Assembly (NCBI GenBank): GCA_045576075.1
Contig: JAZNFQ010000008.1
Span: 62,283 to 126,282 of the forward strand
Length of the DNA stretch: 64,000 nucleotides
Direction of reading: 5' to 3'
Source: Clostridia bacterium
GTDB lineage: Bacteria > Bacillota > Clostridia > Monoglobales > Monoglobaceae
The position numbers and the translations under genes were made by a program. Of the stretch, positions 48,082 to 56,153 are shown one piece after another. The notes beneath the pieces are model-generated. The model ran no database searches and had not been told where the DNA came from. It saw only the letters and a program-made list of their open reading frames with translations. The first letter of the stretch is position 1. Each line of letters begins with the position of its first letter.

Positions 48082-49230
48082 ATGTATAAGAAATTGTTTA
48101 CATCAGAGTCAGTAACTGAAGGACATCCCGATAAAATATCGGATATTATTTCAGATGCTGTGCTCGATGCCATATTAAAGGACGACCCAAAGGCGCGCGT
48201 TGCGTGCGAGGTTACTGTTACAACGGGGCTTGTACTTGTAGTCGGCGAGATTACAACGACAACCTATGTTGATTTTCAGGACATAGTCAGGGAAACCGTG
48301 CGCGAGATTGGTTATGACAGAGCCAAATATGGCTTTGACTGCGATACCTGCGCGGTTATTTCTGCAATAGACAAGCAGTCGCCTGATATCAGTATGGGTG
48401 TTACAAAAAGCGATGAAGAGATAGGCGCGGGCGATCAGGGTATGATGTTTGGCTTTGCGTGTGATGAAACAGAGGATTATATGCCACTCCCGATTTATCT
48501 TGCACACAAGCTTGCGCTTCGTCTTACCAAAGTGCGCAAAGACGGAATACTTGATTATCTTCGTCCCGACGGCAAATCGCAGGTTACTGTTGAGTATAAC
48601 GAGGACGGTACAGTTGCACGTATTGATACAATCGTGGTTTCTACACAGCACGATGACAGCGTTGATATCGAGAAGCTCCGTGCAGACATAAAAGAGAATG
48701 TAATTTTACCCGTTATTGACCCGAAACTGCTTGATGAAGATACAAAATACTTCATCAACCCGACAGGGCGCTTTGTAATCGGCGGACCGCAGGGTGATTC
48801 AGGGCATACAGGCAGAAAGATTATAGTAGATACCTACGGCGGTTATGCAAGCCACGGTGGTGGTGCTTTCTCGGGTAAGGATCCGACAAAGGTTGACCGC
48901 AGCGGTGCATATGCGGCAAGATACGTTGCAAAGAATGTTGTTGCCGCAGGGCTTGCCAAGGCGTGCGAGGTTCAGGTGGCATATGCAATCGGCGTACCCG
49001 AGCCCGTTTCGCTCAGAATAGATACAAGGGGCACAGGTGTTATATCGGATGCCGAGATTACAGAGAAGGTTTCAAAGGTATTTGACTTGACACCCGCAGG
49101 GATTATAAACGGCTTCGACCTTCGCAGACCGATTTACAAGCAAACGGCTGCATACGGGCATTTTGGAAGAAATGATTTGGATTTGCCTTGGGAGAGGCTT
49201 GATAAGGTAGAGGCTCTTAAAAAAGCGTAA
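48082..49230 (+). CDS. metK: S-adenosylmethionine synthase
   Basis: 382 aa with [23 protein letters not shown] and the GGGAFSGKD pattern. Confidence 0.95.
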   Translation: MYKKLFTSESVTEGHPDKISDIISDAVLDAILKDDPKARVACEVTVTTGLVLVVGEITTTTYVDFQDIVRETVREIGYDRAKYGFDCDTCAVISAIDKQSPDISMGVTKSDEEIGAGDQGMMFGFACDETEDYMPLPIYLAHKLALRLTKVRKDGILDYLRPDGKSQVTVEYNEDGTVARIDTIVVSTQHDDSVDIEKLRADIKENVILPVIDPKLLDEDTKYFINPTGRFVIGGPQGDSGHTGRKIIVDTYGGYASHGGGAFSGKDPTKVDRSGAYAARYVAKNVVAAGLAKACEVQVAYAIGVPEPVSLRIDTRGTGVISDAEITEKVSKVFDLTPAGIINGFDLRRPIYKQTAAYGHFGRNDLDLPWERLDKVEALKKA

Positions 49231-49239
49231 AAATGTTTT

Positions 49240-49269
49240 GGGCTGTAGCAACATAATTTGCTACAGCCC
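49240..49269 (+). terminator. hairpin after metK (weak T-tract)
   Basis: 12-bp stem GGGCTGTAGCAA/TTGCTACAGCCC with no clear U-run. Confidence 0.4.
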
Positions 49270-49290
49270 TCTGAAATTCGAGGTGTAAAT

Positions 49291-51039
49291 ATGTCGTTTG
49301 ACGGATTTGTTACAAGATGTGTCGCAGACGAGCTGTCGCGCACAATATCAGACGGAAAGATTGACAAAATATATCAGCCCGAACGCGACGAGATAATAAT
49401 GTCAATACGCACGCGCGGGGGGACACACAAACTTCTTCTCTCGGCGAGTGCCTCAAATCCGAGAATACATTTGACGAAAATTCAGCGCGAGAACCCAATG
49501 ACCCCGCCTATGCTTTGTATGCTTATGCGCAAGCACCTCTCTGGCGGGATTATTAAAGATATCAAACAATCGGGCTTTGACAGAGTAATAAGAATTTTTA
49601 TTGAAACAAGAAACGAACTCGGGGATTTGTGCACAAAGTCTGTTATCATAGAGATAATGGGCAGACATAGCAACATCATATTGGTTGACGAGAATAATAA
49701 GATAATGGATAGCGCAAAGCATATTGATTTTACTGTCAGCGCAGTAAGACAGATACTCCCGGGGCTTCTTTATGCAGAGCCACCAATGCAGGACAAGGCG
49801 TCTGCGGATGCCTTGACAATGGCAGAACTGATGAACGAGCTTGATGCCTCGAGTGAGGACACACAGCTTGATAAATTCCTGCTCTCAAATATTATGGGGA
49901 TGAGCCCTCTTTTGTCAAGAGAAATCGTATATAGATTTTGCAAAAAGACCCATCTTTTAAAGGCGGAGGCTGACTGTGCCGCTTTTGTCGTTCATACAAT
50001 GGATATTTTAAAAGACCTTTGCGAAAACAAATTTTCTCCCGCGCTTGTTATCGACAGGGTAGGGCGAAAGCCGAGTGCGTTTTCGTGCATAGAGCTTTTG
50101 CAGTACGAAAATGCAGGTGAGCTAGAGCGGATGGACTCGATAAGCGAGGTAATAGATGCGTATTACGAAAAACGCAGTAACAGAGAGCATATGGACAGAC
50201 GCTCATCCGCACTTTTAAAGCTTGTTCATAATAATATAGAGCGCTGCGAGAAAAAGCTCGCCCTTCACAGAGAAAGCTTCGAGAACTCAAAAGAGCGCGA
50301 TAAATATAAGATGTACGGCGATTTGATAACCGCAAATATCTATCGCATACAGTATGGAATGAAATCGATTATCGTACAAAACTATTACTCGAGCGAGGGC
50401 GAGGATATAGAAATCCCGCTGAAAGAGGATATAAGCCCCGCACAGAACGCACAGCAATATTATAAGAGATATAACAAGGCAAAAACGGCGGAAATATATG
50501 CAACAGAGCAAATCAAGATAGCGGAGGAAGAGAAATTCTATCTTGAAAGTGTAGCTGACGCACTTGAGAAGGTCGAAACCCCCGCAGAGCTTGATGATAT
50601 AAGGACAGAGCTTGCGGATGGGGGATATGTTTCAAAACAAGGTATAGCCAAGAAAAAGGCACAAACCAAATCAGAGCCGATGAAGTTTATATCGGTTGAC
50701 GGGTTTGAAATTTTGGTTGGAAGAAACAACAAGCAAAACGATGAGCTAACGCTACGCAAGGCGTACTCGACGGACATTTGGTTCCATACCAAGAATATTC
50801 CGGGTTCACATACGATTGTGCGGACAAACGGAACAGGCGAGGCACCCGACACAACCCTGATGCAAGCGGCAAAGCTTGCGGCGTATTACAGCAAAGCTAG
50901 AAATTCCTCACAGGTGCCCGTTGACTATACTGCGGTAAAGAATGTTAAAAAGCCAAACGGCGCAAAGCCGGGTATGGTTATATACGACCATTATAATACA
51001 GTTTATGTTCTGCCTGAAGAATCGAGCAAAACGGAATAA
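49291..51039 (+). CDS. rqcH: ribosome quality-control NFACT protein (FbpA/RqcH family)
   Basis: MSFDGFVTRCVADEL.. (NFACT-N), a coiled-coil middle region, and a C-terminal NFACT-R/DUF814 motif (WFHTKNIPGSHTIV). Confidence 0.85.
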   Translation: MSFDGFVTRCVADELSRTISDGKIDKIYQPERDEIIMSIRTRGGTHKLLLSASASNPRIHLTKIQRENPMTPPMLCMLMRKHLSGGIIKDIKQSGFDRVIRIFIETRNELGDLCTKSVIIEIMGRHSNIILVDENNKIMDSAKHIDFTVSAVRQILPGLLYAEPPMQDKASADALTMAELMNELDASSEDTQLDKFLLSNIMGMSPLLSREIVYRFCKKTHLLKAEADCAAFVVHTMDILKDLCENKFSPALVIDRVGRKPSAFSCIELLQYENAGELERMDSISEVIDAYYEKRSNREHMDRRSSALLKLVHNNIERCEKKLALHRESFENSKERDKYKMYGDLITANIYRIQYGMKSIIVQNYYSSEGEDIEIPLKEDISPAQNAQQYYKRYNKAKTAEIYATEQIKIAEEEKFYLESVADALEKVETPAELDDIRTELADGGYVSKQGIAKKKAQTKSEPMKFISVDGFEILVGRNNKQNDELTLRKAYSTDIWFHTKNIPGSHTIVRTNGTGEAPDTTLMQAAKLAAYYSKARNSSQVPVDYTAVKNVKKPNGAKPGMVIYDHYNTVYVLPEESSKTE

Positions 51040-51050
51040 GGGCGAAAAAA

Positions 51051-51168
51051 TGTAGGGGACGGCCTCCCGGACGTCCCGTTTCTGCGGACCGTCGAGGACG
51101 CCGGTCCCTACAAATGCTTCGTAATTACGCGGAATATATCGTAGGGAATGACCTGTGTGTCGTTCCGC
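51051..51168. repeat. GC-rich hairpin repeat (element B), two variant copies of a ~27-nt hairpin unit
   Basis: TGTAGGGGACGGCCTCCCGGACGTCCC and CGTAGGGAATGACCTGTGTGTCGTTCC are 17/27 identical, with a G-C to A-T compensatory change in the stem. Positions 51085-51114 are the exact reverse complement of 62034-62063. Confidence 0.65.
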
Positions 51169-51178
51169 AAAATTTTTC

Positions 51179-51207
51179 TTTACAAAATCCGATTAATGTG
51201 ATACAAT
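51179..51207 (+). promoter_or_regulatory. predicted sigma-A promoter driving the long-hairpin RNA/leader
   Basis: TTTACA, 17-nt spacer, TGaTACAAT (extended -10). Confidence 0.55.
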
Positions 51208-51332
51208 GATTGTGCCAAATAAAACTAAGTAAATATAAGTTGTAAGTGTGTATTTTTTCTTTGGTAAAAATGCATACCCTTTTCAATATGCACATTTGTA
51301 GCTTATATGATTAGTTTTGTTTGGCGACAATC
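51208..51332 (+). ncRNA. candidate structured RNA or 5' leader: ~125-nt long imperfect hairpin
   Basis: 51208-51228 pairs with 51311-51332 (21 bp, one bulged G, one G.U). 51233-51239 pairs with 51302-51308 (7 bp). 51240-51250 pairs with 51291-51301 (11 bp including 4 G.U). The G.U pairs only work in the + strand transcript. The element is bracketed by a promoter and a terminator. Confidence 0.4.
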
Positions 51333-51348
51333 GAGGTATGCGTTTTTC

Positions 51349-51375
51349 ATGCACAACTTCGGTTGTGCATTTTTT
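51349..51375 (+). terminator. intrinsic terminator with a UUCG tetraloop
   Basis: ATGCACAAC-TTCG-GTTGTGCAT followed by TTTTT. It lies 20 nt before the RBS/ATG of the next ORF. Confidence 0.8.
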
Positions 51376-51394
51376 AATTTACGGAGGAAGAAAG

Positions 51395-51646
51395 ATGATT
51401 AGGAAATTCCCTGAAAGAAAAATTTTTTGCGAAAATCATATGTGCGTGTTTTGGGAAGAGGGCACCTGCATAATGAAATCGGCAGACCTTGACAAATTTG
51501 GCAGATGCAGATTATTGATATATCCTAAATTCCCCGAGGAAGTATTGAGGATGAAGAGGGAAGAATTTTTAATCGCAGACAAAACGAGAGAGCCTGAAAT
51601 CTGGGACAAGCTTATGCACGATTATAAATTCAAGTATATAAAATAA
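51395..51646 (+). CDS. small Cys-containing protein of unknown function (83 aa)
   Basis: GGAGGAAG RBS before the ATG at 51395. Sequence MIRKFPERKIFCENHMCVFWEEGTCIMKSADLDKFGRCRLL.., with the pattern C-x4-C-x7-C-x12-C. The track start at 51317 runs through the terminator and is rejected. Confidence 0.55.
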   Translation: MIRKFPERKIFCENHMCVFWEEGTCIMKSADLDKFGRCRLLIYPKFPEEVLRMKREEFLIADKTREPEIWDKLMHDYKFKYIK

Positions 51647-51728
51647 TACACGCCCTCAAAGGCGAATAATTAACCATCTGCAATCATAAGAATAATTTAC
51701 GTAATATTCTTATGAGAGGGCGGAAAAT

Positions 51729-53021
51729 ATGATAATTTATGTGGTGAGGAGCGGTGACACGCTCAGCAGTATTGCGAGGGAATATGGGGTGAGCCTGCAA
51801 AATCTTAGAGCAGACAACGGACTGAATGTTGACGATACCCTTGTTGTAGGACAGGCGCTTGTTATACAAATCCCCGAGGTTTTACATACTGTAAGGCGCG
51901 GAGAAACGCTGACCTCGATTGCGACAGAATATGGCACGACCGCAATCCAATTATTGAGGAATAATTTCAGGCTCGGGGGCAGACCTCGGCTCACAACGGG
52001 GGAACAGCTCGTTATACGCTATAGAGATGAGAGGAGAAACAAGAGCTTTGCAGTAAACAGCTATGCTTATCCTTATATTTCGAGTGATTTACTTCGCGAA
52101 CAGATGCCATACCTTACATTTTTCGCCCCGTTTACATATGGAATAGGCGCGCAGGGCGGTCTTGTTCAGCCTGACGATGAAGAGCTGATACGCATAGCTG
52201 GGGAATACGGCGTAAGCACGCTTTTACACCTGTCAACCTTGACAGAGGAGGGAAACTTCAGCAGTGCGCGCGCAAGCCTGATTTTCGGCAATGAACAGCT
52301 TCGGAATAATCTTATAGAAGAAATTTTGACAGTTATAGAGCAAAAGGGGTTCGGCGGGGCAGACGTTGACTTTGAGTTTATAAACCCCGAAGAGAGATAT
52401 GATTATATTCAGTTTTTGCAAGAACTCCGTTTGCGTCTAAATCCGCTTGGACTCCCTTTGTTTTCGGCGCTTGCGCCAAAGACCTCTGATACCCAGAGAG
52501 GAGTTTTGTATGAGGGGCACGATTATGCAGGAATAGGTGCGGCGGTGAACTTTGTTTTGCTTATGACATACGAATGGGGGTATACTTTCGGCCCGCCGCT
52601 TGCAATAGCGCCCCTTAACCGCGTGAGAGAGGTTGCAGAATATGCTCTGACAAGGATTTCGTCTGACAAACTGTTTTTGGGTGTGCCGACGTATGGCTAT
52701 GACTGGACACTCCCCTATGTAAGAGGAGGCGCAGGGGCACCGTCAATCTCGCCCGTTGAGGCTGTCAATTTAGCACGCAGATACGGTGCGGAGATAATGT
52801 ATGACGAGGTGGCGCAGTCGCCTTGGTTCAGGTACACAGATGATGACGGAAACCTGCACGAAGTATGGTTTGAGGACGCCAGAAGCATCAGCGCAAAGCT
52901 TGCCCTTGCAGAGGAGCTTGAAATGTTTGGAATAGGCTATTGGAACTCAATGCGCGAATTCCCGCAGAATTGGGTGACGCTAAATGCAAACTATAATATT
53001 ATAAATTTGTCGCTTTTATGA
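51729..53021 (+). CDS. sleL: LysM-LysM-GH18 spore peptidoglycan hydrolase (SleL/YaaH-like)
   Basis: Two N-terminal LysM repeats (YVVRSGDTLSSIAREYGVS, HTVRRGETLTSIATEYGTT) and a GH18 catalytic motif GGADVDFEF. Confidence 0.75.
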   Translation: MIIYVVRSGDTLSSIAREYGVSLQNLRADNGLNVDDTLVVGQALVIQIPEVLHTVRRGETLTSIATEYGTTAIQLLRNNFRLGGRPRLTTGEQLVIRYRDERRNKSFAVNSYAYPYISSDLLREQMPYLTFFAPFTYGIGAQGGLVQPDDEELIRIAGEYGVSTLLHLSTLTEEGNFSSARASLIFGNEQLRNNLIEEILTVIEQKGFGGADVDFEFINPEERYDYIQFLQELRLRLNPLGLPLFSALAPKTSDTQRGVLYEGHDYAGIGAAVNFVLLMTYEWGYTFGPPLAIAPLNRVREVAEYALTRISSDKLFLGVPTYGYDWTLPYVRGGAGAPSISPVEAVNLARRYGAEIMYDEVAQSPWFRYTDDDGNLHEVWFEDARSISAKLALAEELEMFGIGYWNSMREFPQNWVTLNANYNIINLSLL

Positions 53022-53025
53022 GGGA

Positions 53026-53054
53026 TTGACAAAACATTGTCGATGTGTTAAAAT
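53026..53054 (+). promoter_or_regulatory. predicted sigma-A promoter for the hyd maturation operon leader
   Basis: TTGACA, 17-nt spacer, TGtTAAAAT. Confidence 0.6.
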
Positions 53055-53155
53055 GTAATTACAAGATGTATACTGACGCTGAAATTTTATTGAGGCATAA
53101 GATACGGGAATAATATGAGATGGGCAATTTTTGATTGCTCTGTTTAGGTATTTCT

Positions 53156-53183
53156 GACCGTGTCTTATGACACGGTCTTTTTT
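53156..53183 (+). terminator. intrinsic terminator inside the hyd operon leader
   Basis: GACCGTGTC-TTAT-GACACGGTC followed by TTTTTT. It ends 7 nt before the AGGAG RBS. Confidence 0.8.
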
Positions 53184-53203
53184 GTATTAAAGGAGTGATT
53201 GCT

Positions 53204-53461
53204 ATGGAAACCAGAGTAGCAGTAGTCGGAATTATTGTAGAGAATTTCGAGGTAACAGACAAGCTGAATGAGATACTCCACGAATACGGACAGTATATAA
53301 TCGGCAGAATGGGAATACCCTACCGCGAGCGCAAAATTAACGTAATCAGTGTGGTGGTTGATGCGCCGCAGACATTGATTAGCGCGATGACTGGCAAAAT
53401 TGGACGTCTTGAGGGGATAAGTGTAAAGGCGGCGTATTCGGGCGTTGCGGGCAGCAAATAA
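53204..53461 (+). CDS. TM1266-family putative iron-only hydrogenase system regulator
   Basis: 85 aa, METRVAVVGIIVENFEVTDKLNEILHEYGQYIIGRMGIPYRER.. (ACT-like). Immediately upstream of hydG. Confidence 0.75.
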   Translation: METRVAVVGIIVENFEVTDKLNEILHEYGQYIIGRMGIPYRERKINVISVVVDAPQTLISAMTGKIGRLEGISVKAAYSGVAGSK

Positions 53462-53484
53462 AACAAACACAAGGAGGACTAAAT

Positions 53485-54903
53485 ATGTATAATCCAAAAT
53501 CATTAAAAGCAGAGGAATTTATAAGCGATGAAGAGGTCTTGGCGACCCTTGATTATGCGGAGGAAAATAAAAATAACATAGAGCTTATCGACAGCATACT
53601 TGAAAAGGCAAGAGAGCGCAAGGGGCTTTCGCACAGAGAGGCATCTGTCCTGCTTGCGTGTGATATCCCTGAAAAACAAGCGGAGATGTATGATCTTGCA
53701 GAGCAGATAAAAAAAGATTTCTACGGGAATCGTATAGTTATGTTTGCTCCGCTTTATTTGTCTAATTACTGCGTAAACGGTTGCGTTTATTGTCCGTATC
53801 ATTTGAAAAATAAGAATATTGCCAGAAAAAAGCTTACGCAAGACGAGGTAAGACGAGAGGTTATAGCTCTTCAGGATATGGGGCACAAGCGTCTTGCAAT
53901 TGAGGCGGGCGAGCACCCGACGATGAATCCTATTGAGTATATTTTAGAGTGCATAGATACCATATATTCAATAAAGCACAAGAATGGCGCAATACGAAGA
54001 GTAAACGTAAACATTGCGGCAACTACCGTTGAAAATTACAGAAAGCTTAAGGATGCGGGTATTGGGACATATATACTGTTTCAGGAAACCTATAATAAAA
54101 AGAGCTATGAAGAGCTGCATCCGACAGGTCCGAAAAGCGATTATGCATATCATACAGAGGCTATGGACAGAGCAATGGAGGGCGGAATTGACGATGTCGG
54201 GCTCGGTGTTTTGTTTGGGCTTGAGCTTTATAAATACGAGTTTGCGGCTCTCCTTATGCACGCAGAGCATTTGGAAGCAGTACACGGGGTCGGACCGCAC
54301 ACTATCAGCGTTCCGCGTCTTAAACGTGCAGACGACATAAACCCTGACGATTTTGATAATGGAATTGATGATGAAACCTTTGCAAAAATATGTGCTTTGA
54401 TTAGAATTTCTGTTCCGTATACGGGGATGATTATATCAACACGCGAGAGCAAGCAGGTGCGCGAAAAGGTAATACGCCTTGGTGTTTCGCAAATCAGCGG
54501 TGCATCAAGGACAAGCGTTGGCGGATATGCAGAGGAAGAGCCCGAGGACGAGAATTCGGCACAATTTGATGTAAGCGACAAGAGGACTCTTGATGAGGTT
54601 GTGCGTTGGCTTATGGAGCTTGGATATATACCATCGTTCTGTACCGCTTGCTATCGTGAGGGCAGAACGGGCGACAGGTTTATGAGTCTTTGTAAATCTG
54701 GGCAGATACAAAATTGCTGTCATCCAAATGCATTGATGACCCTCAAGGAATTTTTGATGGATTATGCAAGTGAGGATACCAGAAAGATTGGTGAGGCTCT
54801 TATTCAAGCAGAGCTTGAAAATGTTCCCAAAGAGAAGGTGCGGGAGATTTGCGCCCAAAACCTTGAAAATATCGAAAAGGGCATAAGAGATTTCAGATTT
54901 TAA
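53485..54903 (+). CDS. hydG: [FeFe]-hydrogenase H-cluster maturase HydG (radical SAM)
   Basis: 472 aa with the radical-SAM motif CVNGCVYC and a C-terminal Cys cluster CTACY...22 aa...CHPN. Confidence 0.9.
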   Translation: MYNPKSLKAEEFISDEEVLATLDYAEENKNNIELIDSILEKARERKGLSHREASVLLACDIPEKQAEMYDLAEQIKKDFYGNRIVMFAPLYLSNYCVNGCVYCPYHLKNKNIARKKLTQDEVRREVIALQDMGHKRLAIEAGEHPTMNPIEYILECIDTIYSIKHKNGAIRRVNVNIAATTVENYRKLKDAGIGTYILFQETYNKKSYEELHPTGPKSDYAYHTEAMDRAMEGGIDDVGLGVLFGLELYKYEFAALLMHAEHLEAVHGVGPHTISVPRLKRADDINPDDFDNGIDDETFAKICALIRISVPYTGMIISTRESKQVREKVIRLGVSQISGASRTSVGGYAEEEPEDENSAQFDVSDKRTLDEVVRWLMELGYIPSFCTACYREGRTGDRFMSLCKSGQIQNCCHPNALMTLKEFLMDYASEDTRKIGEALIQAELENVPKEKVREICAQNLENIEKGIRDFRF

Positions 54904-54921
54904 TATACGCGAGGTGAGAAT

Positions 54922-56124
54922 ATGGGACTTAATGATACACCATCTGCAAACAGAGTTCATATAGGCTTTTTCGGATGCAGAAATGCGGGGAAATCAAGTG
55001 TTGTAAACGCGGTGACAGGTCAGGAAACGGCTCTTGTATCAGATGTCCTTGGCACTACCACCGACCCCGTTACAAAGGCAATGGAGCTTTTGCCAATCGG
55101 ACCCGTAGTGATAACAGACACCCCGGGGATTGACGATGAGGGTTACCTTGGCGAAATGCGTGTAAAGAGGACACGAAGGGTGCTCGCTAAAACGGATATT
55201 GCTGTATTGGTGGTAGACGGAGCGGTAGGGATTAGCGGTATTGATAAAGAACTGGTTTCTGAATTTGAAAAAAAGTCAATTCCATATTTAATTGCTTATA
55301 ATAAAAGTGACATCGCAAACAATAAAATTGATTTGGGCGAAAATGAAATACAGATAAGCGCAAAAACGGGCGATGGGATATTTGAGCTAAAAGAAAGAAT
55401 TGCGTCAATTGCCAAAAATTCAGGGGAGGATAAAAGGATTGTAGGCGACCTTATAAACGCAGGCGATTTTATTGTCCTTGTTGTACCGATTGATGAGTCA
55501 GCACCAAAGGGGAGACTTATTCTGCCACAACAAATGACAATTCGCGATATACTCGATGCAGATGCGGTGCCTATTGTCACGAAGGAAACGACACTCCAAG
55601 GCACGCTTAAGGGTCTTAAGCAGAAGCCGTATGCGGTGATAACAGACAGCCAAGTTTTCAAAAGAGTTGCACAGGAAGTTCCAAAGGACATATTGCTTAC
55701 CTCGTTTTCGATTTTAATGGCGAGGTATAAGGGGGCACTTGATTATGCAGTAGACGGTGTTCTCGCAATTGAAAACCTTAAAGAAAACGATACAATTTTG
55801 ATTTCAGAGGGTTGTACCCATCACAGACAATGCGGAGATATCGGGACGGTAAAACTGCCAAAACTACTCAAGGCTTATACGGGCAAAAATTTCAATATAG
55901 AAACTTCGTCAGGCGCAGGCTTTCCCGAGGATTTGTCGAAATACTCGCTCCTTATTCATTGCGGGGGCTGTATGCTAAATGAGCGCGAAATGAGATACAG
56001 AGTAAATTGCGCAAGCGACGCGGGGATTCCGATTACAAACTATGGTACGGCAATCGCCTATATGAACGGAATACTAAAAAGGAGCCTCGAAATTTTTCCA
56101 AGCCTTGCAGAAAAAATGCAGTAA
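54922..56124 (+). CDS. hydF: [FeFe]-hydrogenase maturation GTPase HydF
   Basis: 400 aa with G1 GCRNAGKSS, DTPG, and the C-terminal FeS ligand motifs CTHH...HCGGC. Confidence 0.9.
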   Translation: MGLNDTPSANRVHIGFFGCRNAGKSSVVNAVTGQETALVSDVLGTTTDPVTKAMELLPIGPVVITDTPGIDDEGYLGEMRVKRTRRVLAKTDIAVLVVDGAVGISGIDKELVSEFEKKSIPYLIAYNKSDIANNKIDLGENEIQISAKTGDGIFELKERIASIAKNSGEDKRIVGDLINAGDFIVLVVPIDESAPKGRLILPQQMTIRDILDADAVPIVTKETTLQGTLKGLKQKPYAVITDSQVFKRVAQEVPKDILLTSFSILMARYKGALDYAVDGVLAIENLKENDTILISEGCTHHRQCGDIGTVKLPKLLKAYTGKNFNIETSSGAGFPEDLSKYSLLIHCGGCMLNEREMRYRVNCASDAGIPITNYGTAIAYMNGILKRSLEIFPSLAEKMQ

Positions 56125-56153
56125 AAAGGATAGGCATATGCCTATCCTTTTTT
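56123..56153. terminator. bidirectional terminator between hydF and lgt
   Basis: Palindrome AAAAAGGATAGGCAT/ATGCCTATCCTTTTTT. Confidence 0.85.
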
